The notes under the pieces: model-generated | The model's database searches: none | Told to the model about the DNA's origin: nothing | What the model saw: the letters and a program-made list of their open reading frames with translations, nothing else | Shown: one piece after another, positions 1 through 8,513 of the stretch | Numbering within the stretch: the first letter of the stretch is position 1 | Layout: every line of letters starts with the position of its first letter | NCBI RefSeq assembly: GCF_900083515.1 | Contig: NZ_LT671858.1 | Location: forward strand, 1,740,001-1,772,000 | Reading direction: 5' to 3' | DNA: 32,000 nt | Source of the DNA: Cuniculiplasma divulgatum | GTDB taxonomy: Archaea > Thermoplasmatota > Thermoplasmata > Thermoplasmatales > Thermoplasmataceae | Position numbers and translations under genes: made by a program

Positions 1-75
1 ATAAAAAGCCTAAAAAGCGGTTCAAGACAAGAGAGAATGAGAGAACTCTTTGAAAATTCAAAGAGGAAGTGAAAA

Positions 76-285
76 ATGGTTTCAAAACACGTTCACAGGT
101 ATATCATAGGAGGGGTGGCCATATTTTTCATAGTTTATGTGCTAGTAGCAAATGCCTATCTTAGTTTCAGGGACTTTGCATTGTATGCAGCGTTGCCTTC
201 ATTAGTGATAATGATTGCTCTTGCCTTTTTTTACCGCTATCTTGAAAACAGTATCAAATTTGAGCGGAGGACAGGAACTCAATAA
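76..285 (+). CDS. small hypothetical membrane protein (69 aa, two hydrophobic helices)
   Basis: ORF track; the hydrophobic stretches IIGGVAIFFIVYVLV and LPSLVIMIALAFF; no recognisable family. Confidence 0.35.
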   Translation: MVSKHVHRYIIGGVAIFFIVYVLVANAYLSFRDFALYAALPSLVIMIALAFFYRYLENSIKFERRTGTQ

Positions 286-417
286 CCCGAAAGAAAAGTA
301 TGAGGGGTTGGGGAAAGAGATGGTATTATAGTCTTTATCATAACATTGTACCCTTATTATACATAACGTAATAATTACTGCCGCATATATTTAAATATTC
401 AAAATTGTTATATAATT

Positions 418-918
418 ATGAAACGGCTTGAAATAAACAACGCAAAGGAGATGTCTGTTGCTATACGGAATGAGATATTCCGTTCTGAGGAATCAAGGTA
501 TGATCACCGACTGCACGGCCTTCTGCTCGTCAGTGAGGGAATGAGCTGCTATGAAGCTGGAAATATATTCGGGGAAGATCCCAGAACCGTAGAGAGATGG
601 GTTAAGAGATTCAACGAGAAAGGTTTCAACGCCCTCAGGGAAGGAGTGAGATCCGGACGGCATTCAAGGCTTACGCCTCAGCAAATGGATCAGATAGGCA
701 GCGATCTGAGAAAGAATCCGGGAGAATTCGGATATGATCAGAATCTCTGGGATGGGAAACTTCTCATGCACCACATATGGGAGAAGTTTCATGTGAAGAT
801 TGGTGTAAGGACATGCCAGCTCATATTTCACAGGCTTGAATTCAGGAGGAGAAAACCAAGAGGAATCATAGCCAAAGGCGATCCTGATGAACAGTACGCT
901 TTTAAAAAAACTCTCTGA
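418..918 (+). CDS. IS630 transposase, N-terminal HTH part (frame 1)
   Basis: The translation has helix-turn-helix regions typical of IS630 (TVERWVKRFNEKGFNALREG). It ends just after an A7 tract (902-908) where the second frame takes over. Confidence 0.85.
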   Translation: MKRLEINNAKEMSVAIRNEIFRSEESRYDHRLHGLLLVSEGMSCYEAGNIFGEDPRTVERWVKRFNEKGFNALREGVRSGRHSRLTPQQMDQIGSDLRKNPGEFGYDQNLWDGKLLMHHIWEKFHVKIGVRTCQLIFHRLEFRRRKPRGIIAKGDPDEQYAFKKTL

Positions 919-1453
919 GGATCTGAAGAGAGGCGATACGGATATATGGTCACTGGATGAATGCCATTTCTACCAGCATGGAACCACCCTGGCCATGTGG
1001 ATACCACCTGAAGACAAGGATCCAACAGTATTACAGTATCCCACAAGGAAAGGTGTCAGCGTATTCGGTGCAGTGAACATCAGGACGGGAGAATTCGTTG
1101 GCATGATGTCTAATGTATTCAACGCCATAACTTTCAGCAGATTTCTTACCGTCCTGATGAAAAGGGGGAAGGGAAAGAAGATGCAGATCATCCTGGACAA
1201 CGCCAGGTACCATCATGCAAAGTTGATCCTTCCATGGCTGGAGGAACACAAAGATCAGCTGTTCCTTGACTTTCTACCACCATACTCACCGAAACTGAAT
1301 CCCATAGAGAGGGTTTGGAAGCTCCTGAAAAAATTGAGGTTACATAACCAGTATTTTCCTGACCTGAAAGGAGTTATAAGAGTGGTTGCAAAACAGTTCC
1401 TGTTATGGAATGGGGAGAATGGAACCCTCAGAACACTATGCTACATGGAATGA
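887..1453 (+). CDS. IS630 transposase, DDE catalytic part (frame 2, reached by a +1 shift at the A tract)
   Basis: Motifs SLDECHF, ILDNARYHHA and LPPYSPKLNPIERVW are the DDE signature of IS630/Tc1. Confidence 0.85.
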   Translation: MNSTLLKKLSEDLKRGDTDIWSLDECHFYQHGTTLAMWIPPEDKDPTVLQYPTRKGVSVFGAVNIRTGEFVGMMSNVFNAITFSRFLTVLMKRGKGKKMQIILDNARYHHAKLILPWLEEHKDQLFLDFLPPYSPKLNPIERVWKLLKKLRLHNQYFPDLKGVIRVVAKQFLLWNGENGTLRTLCYME

Positions 1454-1481
1454 TTGTGTGTATGCGGTAATACTTATTTCG

Positions 1482-1802
1482 TTATGTATAGTTAACAAAC
1501 ATCTCCACCCATCTTTTACAGAAGGATTTGCTTTTTGAGAATTCAATGAAGCTTGCTTTAACAGTATCAACCATCATTTCCTGGTCTTTCGCAAATGTAT
1601 GTGACACTACTTTCTTGATGAATTTCCATATGATTTCTATTGGATTCAGTTGTGGTGAATACGGAGGAAGAAATACCAGTTCAATGTCCAGTATCTCTGC
1701 GGTTATTGCAACATTCTCTGTTCTGTGGGCAAAGAAGTTATCCAGTATGAGAATGATATGATTGAACGGATTACTGTATCTTATCTCATTCAGGAAATCC
1801 AT
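1482..1802 (-). pseudogene. C-terminal fragment of a second IS630 transposase, interrupted at its 3' end by the IS630 at 360-1488
   Basis: LILDNFFAHR and LPPYSPQLNPIEIIW motifs. Only the last third of a transposase is present. On the minus strand 1803-~1990 shows degenerate remnants with stops (FEFIDSYTYF). The last residues of the ORF are supplied by the neighbouring IS end. Confidence 0.75.
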
Positions 1803-2284
1803 GACACTTTCCCGTTTTGAATTAAAAACGTGTTCACTGTACCTTTACACCGTTAGGCATATTTTATAATCTATATAGCAAACCACGGTGTCGGTTATCG
1901 CTTTTCTGTATGAGTAAAATAGGTGTAGGAATCAATGAATTCAAAACCGGCCATTTTCCGTCAGTTCTGTGATTTTGTTAATAAAGTCCATCTAACGCTC
2001 TGTGGCAGCCATAGTCAATGACTATAATCAAAAAAGAAAGGAGGAATAGCAGAATAGACTATGACTATTGGAACGAAGTACAGCGGTCTCACGTTTTCTC
2101 ATGAAATGAACGGGAGGATAGGAAAAGAATCAATAAGCAGATGTGGTCGCTTCTGGAAGAGCAGTAATTCCTATTAAACTAAAAGACACTACCCCCAAAA
2201 TGTTACACTTGTAACAAGTAATACCTGTAATAACCTTTGAAATGTGACTAATGTGCTACAGAGCAGATTGTGCTATTTTGGTAA

Positions 2285-2324
2285 GTATTCCCTTAAAACA
2301 TTAATCAAATCCCGACCGGTCCAT
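2285..2324 (+). repeat. 40-nt array repeat, copy A (40/40 to consensus)
   Basis: GTATTCCCTTAAAACATTAATCAAATCCCGACCGGTCCAT read directly; intergenic, 150 nt from the 3' end of the MFS gene. Confidence 0.9.
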
Positions 2325-2473
2325 TCTATAACAATTAGAGAAAAAGATGGTTTTTACAACATAACCGAGGTTCGTTTAGTGCGGAATCATAGAATATGAG
2401 GAGTTCTCGTGCTGCACATTTTTCGGAAATTCAATAGAAAATAAATAAACGTGGCTGCAATCTTTCGATGCAA

Positions 2474-3727
2474 CTAAAGAATGTGAAGACACACCTCCTT
2501 TGACATTGGGAATTTATAAGAAAGTACCAAAGTAGCAGCAACCACGTTTAGAGCCAATAGAATAAGAACGATATCTTTTGAGCCTATGGAAATGAATGAA
2601 CCTATGCTCAGGCCGATGGACATTGCGACCGTACCCTGCAATGTCCTCAGAGCAGAACCAACAATCCTGTTTTCCTGTCCAAGACTGTTCATGGTGTAGG
2701 ATGTGTTTGATGTGGTTGCAAGGCCCGATGCAATCCCAAGGAGAATTTCTGCAAGAATCAAGTTTATAAATATGGAAAAGGAAAACAGCGCCATTGTCAG
2801 AAAAGCAAGCATTGGTACAACTTTTCTACCAAACCTGTCGGAAGCTTTCCCTCCAGCAAGAGAAAAGAATGTGAATGACAACGGAAACAGGAGTATAAGA
2901 AGACCGTATTGGAGTGAATTGTAACCCAGATATGCATAAAGAAAAACGAGATAAGCAGCGAAGCTGTTTCTCGTTATTGAATGAAGGAAACCACTGAGAC
3001 TCGATTTCACGTATTCTCTTGGCAATCTCACCCTAGAACTCATTATCAGACCAATAGCCATCACTGCTATCCCTGCCCAAATATTTAATGCCAGTAACAC
3101 AACACCGGATAGTGCAAGGCTCGGTCCAAATGCGCGGCGTCCGATTGATGAAGCTTTCCTTATGTCCTCAATTCTCAAGGCAAAAGCAAGGCAAACCAGT
3201 GCCAGCAATGAAGAGACCAGGAAAAGCACTTTCCAGTCAAGGAGAGCAACGAAACCGCCTACTGGCAATCCGATTACATATCCTAAGCTCACTATGGTAT
3301 GATTTGTCCCTATGGCGCTACCTCTGCTTGCGTCATCACCGATGCTTGAGGCATATGCAAGGGATGTTGGCAACACTATGGATGCGCCAACAGCCTGTAT
3401 CATTCTGAAAAACTCAATTTCAATGAAGCTGGAACTGAAGAAAATAAGGAATCCCCCCGCCGCCAGCAGGGCACCTCCAAAAATCATGCCCAGTTTGAGG
3501 CTAATCCTTTCAAAAATCATGGCAAACGGAACAAATAGAAACGCCTCTATTGCCACGTAGATAGTAACAAGTAAAGAAGCCTGAAGGTGAGAGATGCCGA
3601 AATAGTCAGAAAGTACCGGAACAGCAACCAGTATCATGGTTGCCTCGAATGTGGAAATAAATCCCAGAAGAGATGCAACCACTATGTCCTTACCGTTCAT
3701 TCTTGACCCTTGAAGAATAAAACTCAT
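2474..3727 (-). CDS. MFS-type transporter (about 12 TM segments)
   Basis: 417 aa, uniformly hydrophobic with repeated helices, and an MFS-like loop DRFGRKV. Overlaps the stop of the upstream SnoaL-like gene by 4 nt, suggesting an operon. Confidence 0.75.
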   Translation of the reverse strand: MSFILQGSRMNGKDIVVASLLGFISTFEATMILVAVPVLSDYFGISHLQASLLVTIYVAIEAFLFVPFAMIFERISLKLGMIFGGALLAAGGFLIFFSSSFIEIEFFRMIQAVGASIVLPTSLAYASSIGDDASRGSAIGTNHTIVSLGYVIGLPVGGFVALLDWKVLFLVSSLLALVCLAFALRIEDIRKASSIGRRAFGPSLALSGVVLLALNIWAGIAVMAIGLIMSSRVRLPREYVKSSLSGFLHSITRNSFAAYLVFLYAYLGYNSLQYGLLILLFPLSFTFFSLAGGKASDRFGRKVVPMLAFLTMALFSFSIFINLILAEILLGIASGLATTSNTSYTMNSLGQENRIVGSALRTLQGTVAMSIGLSIGSFISIGSKDIVLILLALNVVAATLVLSYKFPMSKEVCLHIL

Positions 3728-4137
3728 TGGAGTTGTCTAATAACGTCTAACATGTTGTAATAGGCTCTTTCCTCCTTTATAAGATTGCTACTGTCCAGTA
3801 TCATGACGTCTACACCTTCATATTCAATTTTCTTAGGTTCAGTAACCTTGTTGCGCCCATATCTTTGCCCTTGAAATGTACCTTTCCCAATCCATTCTCC
3901 GAATCCTATGCTTCCATTCCATACGGTTCTAAGTAACTTGAACTCAAAATCAGGAATAGAATTCCACAATCCTTTAAGGTAGAGTTCGAATTGATTTTTT
4001 CCACTAACTATTCTTGGTTCTTCCCCTTGATGTTTGTAAACGATATCTTCCGCATATAATTCCAAAAGTTGATCAGTTGTATGATAGTTCCATCCTTTCA
4101 TAAATTTTCTTTCAAAAGATTCACGATCAAAAGCCAT
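3724..4137 (-). CDS. SnoaL/NTF2-like small protein (ester-cyclase-like fold)
   Basis: 137 aa; the pattern LLELYAEDIVYKHQG ... GKNQFELYLKGLWNSIPDFEF is typical of SnoaL-like polyketide-cyclase family proteins. Confidence 0.55.
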   Translation of the reverse strand: MAFDRESFERKFMKGWNYHTTDQLLELYAEDIVYKHQGEEPRIVSGKNQFELYLKGLWNSIPDFEFKLLRTVWNGSIGFGEWIGKGTFQGQRYGRNKVTEPKKIEYEGVDVMILDSSNLIKEERAYYNMLDVIRQLQ

Positions 4138-4264
4138 GTCGGTTACAACTGACCATTATATTTACGGTTGTCGCTATATTTCCCTCTTATCCCAATTAGT
4201 ACTCCTCAATCATACCGTTCATCGGTTTCGCCATGTCGGTTTTAGTGCATAAGATTTTTGCATA

Positions 4265-4304
4265 GTATTCCCTTAAAACTTTAATCAAATCCTGTTCGGT
4301 CCAT
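4265..4304 (+). repeat. 40-nt array repeat, copy B (36/40)
   Basis: GTATTCCCTTAAAACTTTAATCAAATCCTGTTCGGTCCAT; lies in the divergent intergenic region between the SnoaL-like gene and vapB. Confidence 0.9.
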
Positions 4305-4399
4305 TGTGTGCATTGAATGATTCATGCAACATATTACAGACCAATCTTGTGTCTTGATATCCAGTCCAACTCCACAGTTTACACTTGCGTTTTGTATTG

Positions 4400-4449
4400 T
4401 TGTGGAATACTTTAGAAATTATTCCCACAAATATACAGAATTCCCACAA
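4400..4449. promoter_or_regulatory. candidate vapBC operator: inverted plus direct repeats of ATTCCCACAA
   Basis: TTGTGGAAT (4400-4408) is the near-perfect inverse of ATTCCCACAA (4421-4430). ATTCCCACAA recurs at 4440-4449, 29 nt before the vapB ATG. Confidence 0.35.
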
Positions 4450-4477
4450 TCTTAATTAGTCTGTTCTGTATCATCAT

Positions 4478-4756
4478 ATGGCAATGATTGAAGAGGCAAA
4501 ATTGGATGAAAAGGGACGAATTAACATAGGTCAAGAATCGAGAACATTATATGGGGACAGATTTTATGTTATCAAATTGTCTGGAGAGATTCTGCTAATT
4601 CCCAAGCCCAAAGATCCTGTTACTGAGTTACGAAAGTGGGGCAAAAAACTCGGTCTCGGCAAGCAAACGGCAAGAGATACCAGAATGTTGGCTGTGGACG
4701 AGGCAAACAAAGAAGTTGAAGAAAGGACCAACAGAAGACAAAAGGATATGCGATAA
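4478..4756 (+). CDS. vapB: AbrB/SpoVT-fold antitoxin (VapB-like)
   Basis: N-terminal LDEKGRINIG swapped-hairpin motif; 92 aa; its stop is immediately followed by the PIN toxin start. Confidence 0.75.
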   Translation: MAMIEEAKLDEKGRINIGQESRTLYGDRFYVIKLSGEILLIPKPKDPVTELRKWGKKLGLGKQTARDTRMLAVDEANKEVEERTNRRQKDMR

Positions 4757-5128
4757 ATGCCATACGCTGATACAGATTTCTTCATCGCAATTTCGAATTC
4801 AAATGATGGGTTGAACAATTGGGCTATCAAAGCACTGGAAAATTATAAGGGAACAATCTTCACTTCTATGCTTACCCTGGTAGAACTAGCGCTGGTAAGC
4901 GTCAGGAAAGGAGTACCCACCGAAGGCATGATTGCTAGCGTCCTATCCATTGCTGAACTGAAAGGGGCCAGTAAACAAAATGCTTTGGCAGCAGCACACC
5001 TTATCGATCACGAAGGTGTGGGTGTCTTTGACGCGTTCCACGCATCACTGTGTGAGGGTGAGATAATAAGCTCAGATCATATATATGAGAAGCTTGGTGT
5101 TAAGCGGGCGGGATCTGATTATCTCTGA
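4757..5128 (+). CDS. vapC: PIN-domain toxin (VapC-like)
   Basis: Acidic PIN positions are visible (YADTDFFI, TLVELAL, FDAFHA, ISSD); 123 aa; directly downstream of the antitoxin. Confidence 0.8.
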   Translation: MPYADTDFFIAISNSNDGLNNWAIKALENYKGTIFTSMLTLVELALVSVRKGVPTEGMIASVLSIAELKGASKQNALAAAHLIDHEGVGVFDAFHASLCEGEIISSDHIYEKLGVKRAGSDYL

Positions 5129-5188
5129 CATCAATCCCAGATGGGGAAAGTATTACGCCAAAATGAAATCTTAGAAGATTGTAGTATG

Positions 5189-5228
5189 GCATTCCCTTAA
5201 AACAATAAGCAAATCCCGACCGGTCCAT
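5189..5228 (+). repeat. 40-nt array repeat, copy C (37/40, ACAATAAGC variant)
   Basis: GCATTCCCTTAAAACAATAAGCAAATCCCGACCGGTCCAT; begins 61 nt after the vapC stop. Confidence 0.9.
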
Positions 5229-5278
5229 CTTTTCTATATCAAAAAATGCTCTGAATTACAGTGTTTACTGATGAATGG

Positions 5279-5312
<34 letters not shown>

Positions 5313-5328
5313 ATTTGTTTCTATTATT

Positions 5329-6264
5329 ATGGGTAGCAGAAAGCAGGAACTCACAATGTCGGAAGTAGTACGAGTGGTAAAGGATAAAGATGAAATAAAA
5401 ACTGAGGTTATTACTTACAAGAAACCTAGAAAGATCTCTCCAAAAATTCAAACGCCTCAAACATTTGCTAATAGTGGTGTGAAAAACATTTCTCTAATTT
5501 TTTCTGATAAGACCCAAAATTACACTATGTCATTTCGAGAGATGGATTATGAACTTTCAGAGGAAAAAATATCTCAGTCGGGAAAAGCTTACTCATTATA
5601 CTTTGAGATTGCCGATGATGAGGCCATAATATACTTAGAAGGGAGTATAGTTCCACTTGAAAACAACAAAGGCGCATTGTTTCTATCCATCAACGTTTCA
5701 CCAAAGGACCTAAACCATGTTGACCTTTTCGCTTTACCAATAAGCATAAATTATAAAGGAGACTTTTTATCGGTTGCAAAAGACTTAAGTTTTGTTATAA
5801 ACAAATTAGATAACGGTGTTTCAGAAAAGAGAAAGTGGATTTACAATAAAATGGCGCATCTTCTGAGCGCTTTTCCTGAAGTATATGACAACAACCGAAA
5901 TAAATTGAAGCCAATTGATGTGATGGAACTATCTTACAAGGTGACCTTAATGGATTTTAATTTTACATGTTGCCTTGAGAATGCATTGAGTCTCACGGAT
6001 TGCGTTCTCAGTGTTCCTGACATTGAGGAGATATGCGCAGAGTGTCTAGTTTTACCTGATTGTCTCGCAGCTTGCTTTGATTTTTTAACGTTACCTGCTT
6101 GTCTTATATGCTTTAGTCTTGATGTTCTTGCATGTGCCTATTGTATTTATAAAGCAGGGGAGTGCACTGAGTGGTCTGCCCCCTTAAATAGTGAGACAAA
6201 GTTGTCCTATAGGGTTAAATATATATTAAGAGATGAATTAAAGGGGGTCTGGGGGGAACAATGA
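5329..6264 (+). CDS. hypothetical protein with an extremely Cys-rich hydrophobic C-terminus; 3' end displaced by an IS3 insertion (native sequence to 6171, resuming 7518-7560)
   Basis: ORF track. From 6172 on, the residues come from the IS3 left end. Removing 6172-7517 plus one TGAG copy restores ...YKAGECTE-DAYNVIQCCTGA-stop (293 aa). Confidence 0.55.
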   Translation: MGSRKQELTMSEVVRVVKDKDEIKTEVITYKKPRKISPKIQTPQTFANSGVKNISLIFSDKTQNYTMSFREMDYELSEEKISQSGKAYSLYFEIADDEAIIYLEGSIVPLENNKGALFLSINVSPKDLNHVDLFALPISINYKGDFLSVAKDLSFVINKLDNGVSEKRKWIYNKMAHLLSAFPEVYDNNRNKLKPIDVMELSYKVTLMDFNFTCCLENALSLTDCVLSVPDIEEICAECLVLPDCLAACFDFLTLPACLICFSLDVLACAYCIYKAGECTEWSAPLNSETKLSYRVKYILRDELKGVWGEQ

Positions 6265-6563
6265 CAGAACGAAGAAGATGGAAAGCGGAAGAGAAGCTTG
6301 CCATAATAAAGGAGATCAAGGAGAGTGGCAAGGTTGTTGAAACGTGCAGGAAATACTCTGTAGATCCAGGCATGTACTACAAATGGAAGGAATCCTATGA
6401 TACCTTCGGACTGGATGGTCTTAAACCACATTACAGGAGAATGGAACCTGGAGTGAGAAAACTGATGAAGGAAAATGAAAAGCTGAAGACACTCCTTGCA
6501 GAAAAGGATCTGGAGAATGCACTGCTCAGTGAATCTATAAAAAAAAAGATGGTGAAGAGATAA
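6261..6563 (+). CDS. IS3 OrfA (HTH/leucine-zipper transposase part)
   Basis: RRWKAEEKLAIIKE...CRKYSVDPGMYYKWK is typical of IS3 OrfA. The slippery A-run AAAAAAAAAG at 6539-6548 precedes the stop. Confidence 0.9.
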   Translation: MTERRRWKAEEKLAIIKEIKESGKVVETCRKYSVDPGMYYKWKESYDTFGLDGLKPHYRRMEPGVRKLMKENEKLKTLLAEKDLENALLSESIKKKMVKR

Positions 6564-7474
6564 TGAACCTGGCAAATGAATACATTGGCAAAGGGTTGGG
6601 AATAAGCCACATTGCAGACCTTCTTCACATACCAAGGTGCAGCTTCTACCGGAATGGTGTATTCAGTGAAAGACAGTTGCTGAAGAGGGGGAGGCACAAC
6701 TCCCTCTTCACAATTAAGAGGGATGGCAATGAAACAATCATGGTGGATAACAGCATTGTGGTGGATGAAATGGAGAAACTTCTCTCAAGGGGGTTTGTCT
6801 GTTATGGATACAAGAAAACTGCAAAACAGATCAATCGAAATGGATATGAAATCAACAGGAAGAAGGTCAGGAGACTCATGTCAGAGAATAATCTTCTGAA
6901 CCACTCATACAATAAGAGAAAGCCGGTAACAAGAGTTGTGCAGTCCACTGTTGAGGTTACGGGTCCGGATCAGGTGTGGGAATTCGACATAAAGTATGTC
7001 TGGATCCATGGGGAATCCAGGAATGCCTATCTTCTTGCAATGATTGACTGTTACACCAGGGAGGTTGTTGGTCACTATTTGGGATATCACTGCACCGGTA
7101 ACGATGTGAAAGAAACAATGGCCTCTGCATTTGATCGAAGAGGGTTGGAGAATATCTCAGGCGTTCGTATGAGAAGCGATAACGGCACACAGTTTATATG
7201 CAATACTGTGGAGAATTTCCTCTCAATGATGAACATCCCGCATGAGAGGATCCATCCAGCAACTCCGAAGGAAGATGCACACATAGAATCGTTCAACTCA
7301 ATTCTGGAGAGGGAAGTCATAAGAAGATTCGAGTTTGATTTCTTTGATGAAACGAAATCAACAATCGAGAGATTCGTGGATTTCTATAACAACGAGAGGC
7401 TGCACACTGCCATAGGATATATTGCACCAAGGGAGAGGAATGAAAAATGTATGGAAAAGATTCAGAAAGCTTGA
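6563..7474 (+). CDS. IS3 OrfB (DDE/rve integrase-type transposase), in the -1 frame relative to OrfA
   Basis: WEFDIKYV, MRSDNGTQF and EDAHIESFNSILERE give the D, D(35)E motif. Confidence 0.9.
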   Translation: MNLANEYIGKGLGISHIADLLHIPRCSFYRNGVFSERQLLKRGRHNSLFTIKRDGNETIMVDNSIVVDEMEKLLSRGFVCYGYKKTAKQINRNGYEINRKKVRRLMSENNLLNHSYNKRKPVTRVVQSTVEVTGPDQVWEFDIKYVWIHGESRNAYLLAMIDCYTREVVGHYLGYHCTGNDVKETMASAFDRRGLENISGVRMRSDNGTQFICNTVENFLSMMNIPHERIHPATPKEDAHIESFNSILEREVIRRFEFDFFDETKSTIERFVDFYNNERLHTAIGYIAPRERNEKCMEKIQKA

Positions 7475-7586
7475 AATGTTATAAGACAATAATGTCTCCA
7501 ATTAGGGGACCTAACCATGAGGATGCTTATAATGTAATTCAATGTTGCACTGGGGCTTAATAAGATTAAGGGAAGGGGGAGTAAAC

Positions 7587-7982
7587 ATGAGATATGAGAA
7601 CATCTATAAGTCCCTTCTTTTTTATATTGTTGGTTTAGCCCTTCTATATCTGTCAATATTTTTATCTTACAACCTAAAGTTTGATGGACATTTCATATCA
7701 GCATTGCCAATAGTTTTACCATTGGTTTTTTCCATAGCCTCTATTGGTGTGGCAGTTATTCTTATAATGGAAAAAGATTCCCCTTGGTTTTTTAGAACTG
7801 GCATTATGAGTTTAGTTGGTGGAATCACTTTATTTTCATTCGGTATTCTAACATTCTACTTAGGAGTAAAATCCTTAGTATGGGCAGGTTCATTTGTAGT
7901 TGGTATAATGTTTATTTTTGCTGCGATGGTTCGATTATTCATTCAGGGTGGTTTGAGTGCATACAGAAAAAGCAGGAATTAG
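7587..7982 (+). CDS. small integral membrane protein (about 4 TM)
   Basis: ORF track frame 7542-7982. The ATG at 7587 follows a GGGGGAG purine tract and avoids overlap with the restored upstream ORF end (7560). Strongly hydrophobic. Confidence 0.5.
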   Translation: MRYENIYKSLLFYIVGLALLYLSIFLSYNLKFDGHFISALPIVLPLVFSIASIGVAVILIMEKDSPWFFRTGIMSLVGGITLFSFGILTFYLGVKSLVWAGSFVVGIMFIFAAMVRLFIQGGLSAYRKSRN

Positions 7983-8175
7983 AACATTATTCCCATCAAT
8001 ATTTGGAATTATATTTCTGATTTCAGGTGTTGTGGGTTTATTAGGATCTTTTAATGTTCAAACATTCTATTCATTTGGTACTTTGATTTCCGTAGTTTCC
8101 ATTATCGCTGGAGTGTATTTTATTCTGAGTACTCACATAAGTAGGAAGAATAGAGTTAAATGGAGTACCAAATAA
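7957..8175 (+). CDS. small membrane protein (2 TM, basic tail)
   Basis: ORF track; hydrophobic helices followed by SRKNRVKWSTK; overlaps the previous ORF end. Confidence 0.4.
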   Translation: MHTEKAGIRTLFPSIFGIIFLISGVVGLLGSFNVQTFYSFGTLISVVSIIAGVYFILSTHISRKNRVKWSTK

Positions 8176-8177
8176 TC

Positions 8178-8387
8178 ATGAATCGTTATCTTTACCACTT
8201 AGTTCTTGTTATAGTTGTATCCATTGTTGTTCTGGCGATCAACATCATGGCATTCATGTCAAAGAACGTTTCTGATTACCTCTACATATTTGATCTAACA
8301 TATACCGTAGGGAACAGTGCTCATTTTGTGGCTTTGTCTATCTCCGAAAGATGTATATCAGTAAAGGATCAAACTTCTAATAGTTAG
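8178..8387 (+). CDS. small membrane protein starting MNRYLYH (69 aa)
   Basis: ORF track frame 8160-8387. The internal ATG at 8178 is conserved with a decayed paralogue at 22432. The stop TAG at 8385-8387 overlaps the first base of repeat D. Confidence 0.45.
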   Translation: MNRYLYHLVLVIVVSIVVLAINIMAFMSKNVSDYLYIFDLTYTVGNSAHFVALSISERCISVKDQTSNS

Positions 8388-8426
8388 TATTCCCTTAAAA
8401 CATTAATCAAATCCCGATCGGTCCAT
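8387..8426 (+). repeat. 40-nt array repeat, copy D (39/40)
   Basis: GTATTCCCTTAAAACATTAATCAAATCCCGATCGGTCCAT. Confidence 0.9.
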
Positions 8427-8455
8427 AATTAGGGGCCCAACCCAAAATAGGAACT

Positions 8456-8493
8456 GTGACATCCTCCCCTCGCTAAAGCGTCGGGGCTTCCTG
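8456..8493. other. hairpin-containing segment downstream of the tnpB remnant (candidate IS200/IS605 right-end / omega-RNA region)
   Basis: CCCC-T-CGC-TAAA-GCG-TC-GGGG stem-loop at 8466-8486. The segment has a diverged homologue at 25053-25091. Confidence 0.3.
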
Positions 8494-8513
8494 ATTCAAT
8501 CCGTGTGCTTGCC

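Larger units (their letters stand above)
360..1488 (+). mobile_element. complete IS630/Tc1-mariner family insertion sequence (1129 bp)
   Basis: Imperfect terminal inverted repeats: TACATAACGTAATAATTACTGCCGCATA (360-387) against the reverse complement of 1461-1488. The element is flanked by TA at 358-359 and at 1489-1490, the IS630-type target duplication. It encloses both transposase frames. Confidence 0.85.
6172..7517 (+). mobile_element. complete IS3-family insertion sequence (1346 bp) with 4-bp target duplication TGAG
   Basis: The ends are TGGT...ACCA. IRL TGGTCTGCCCCCTTAAATAGTGAGACAAAGTTGTCCTATA matches the reverse complement of the right end TGGTTAGGTCCCCTAATTGGAGACATTATTGTCTTATA. TGAG occurs at 6168-6171 and 7518-7521. 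Confidence 0.85.

Noticed and set aside
2285-2324. The 40-mer as a tRNA 3' half (TCAAATCCCGACCGGTCCA looks like T-loop + acceptor + CCA), which would make the array a series of tRNA-att duplications
   Set aside because: No 5' T-stem complement (GGGAT or similar) precedes the loop-like TCAAAT. No anticodon or D-arm can be drawn on either strand. No intact tRNA gene is in the window. An att site derived from some other gene cannot be excluded.
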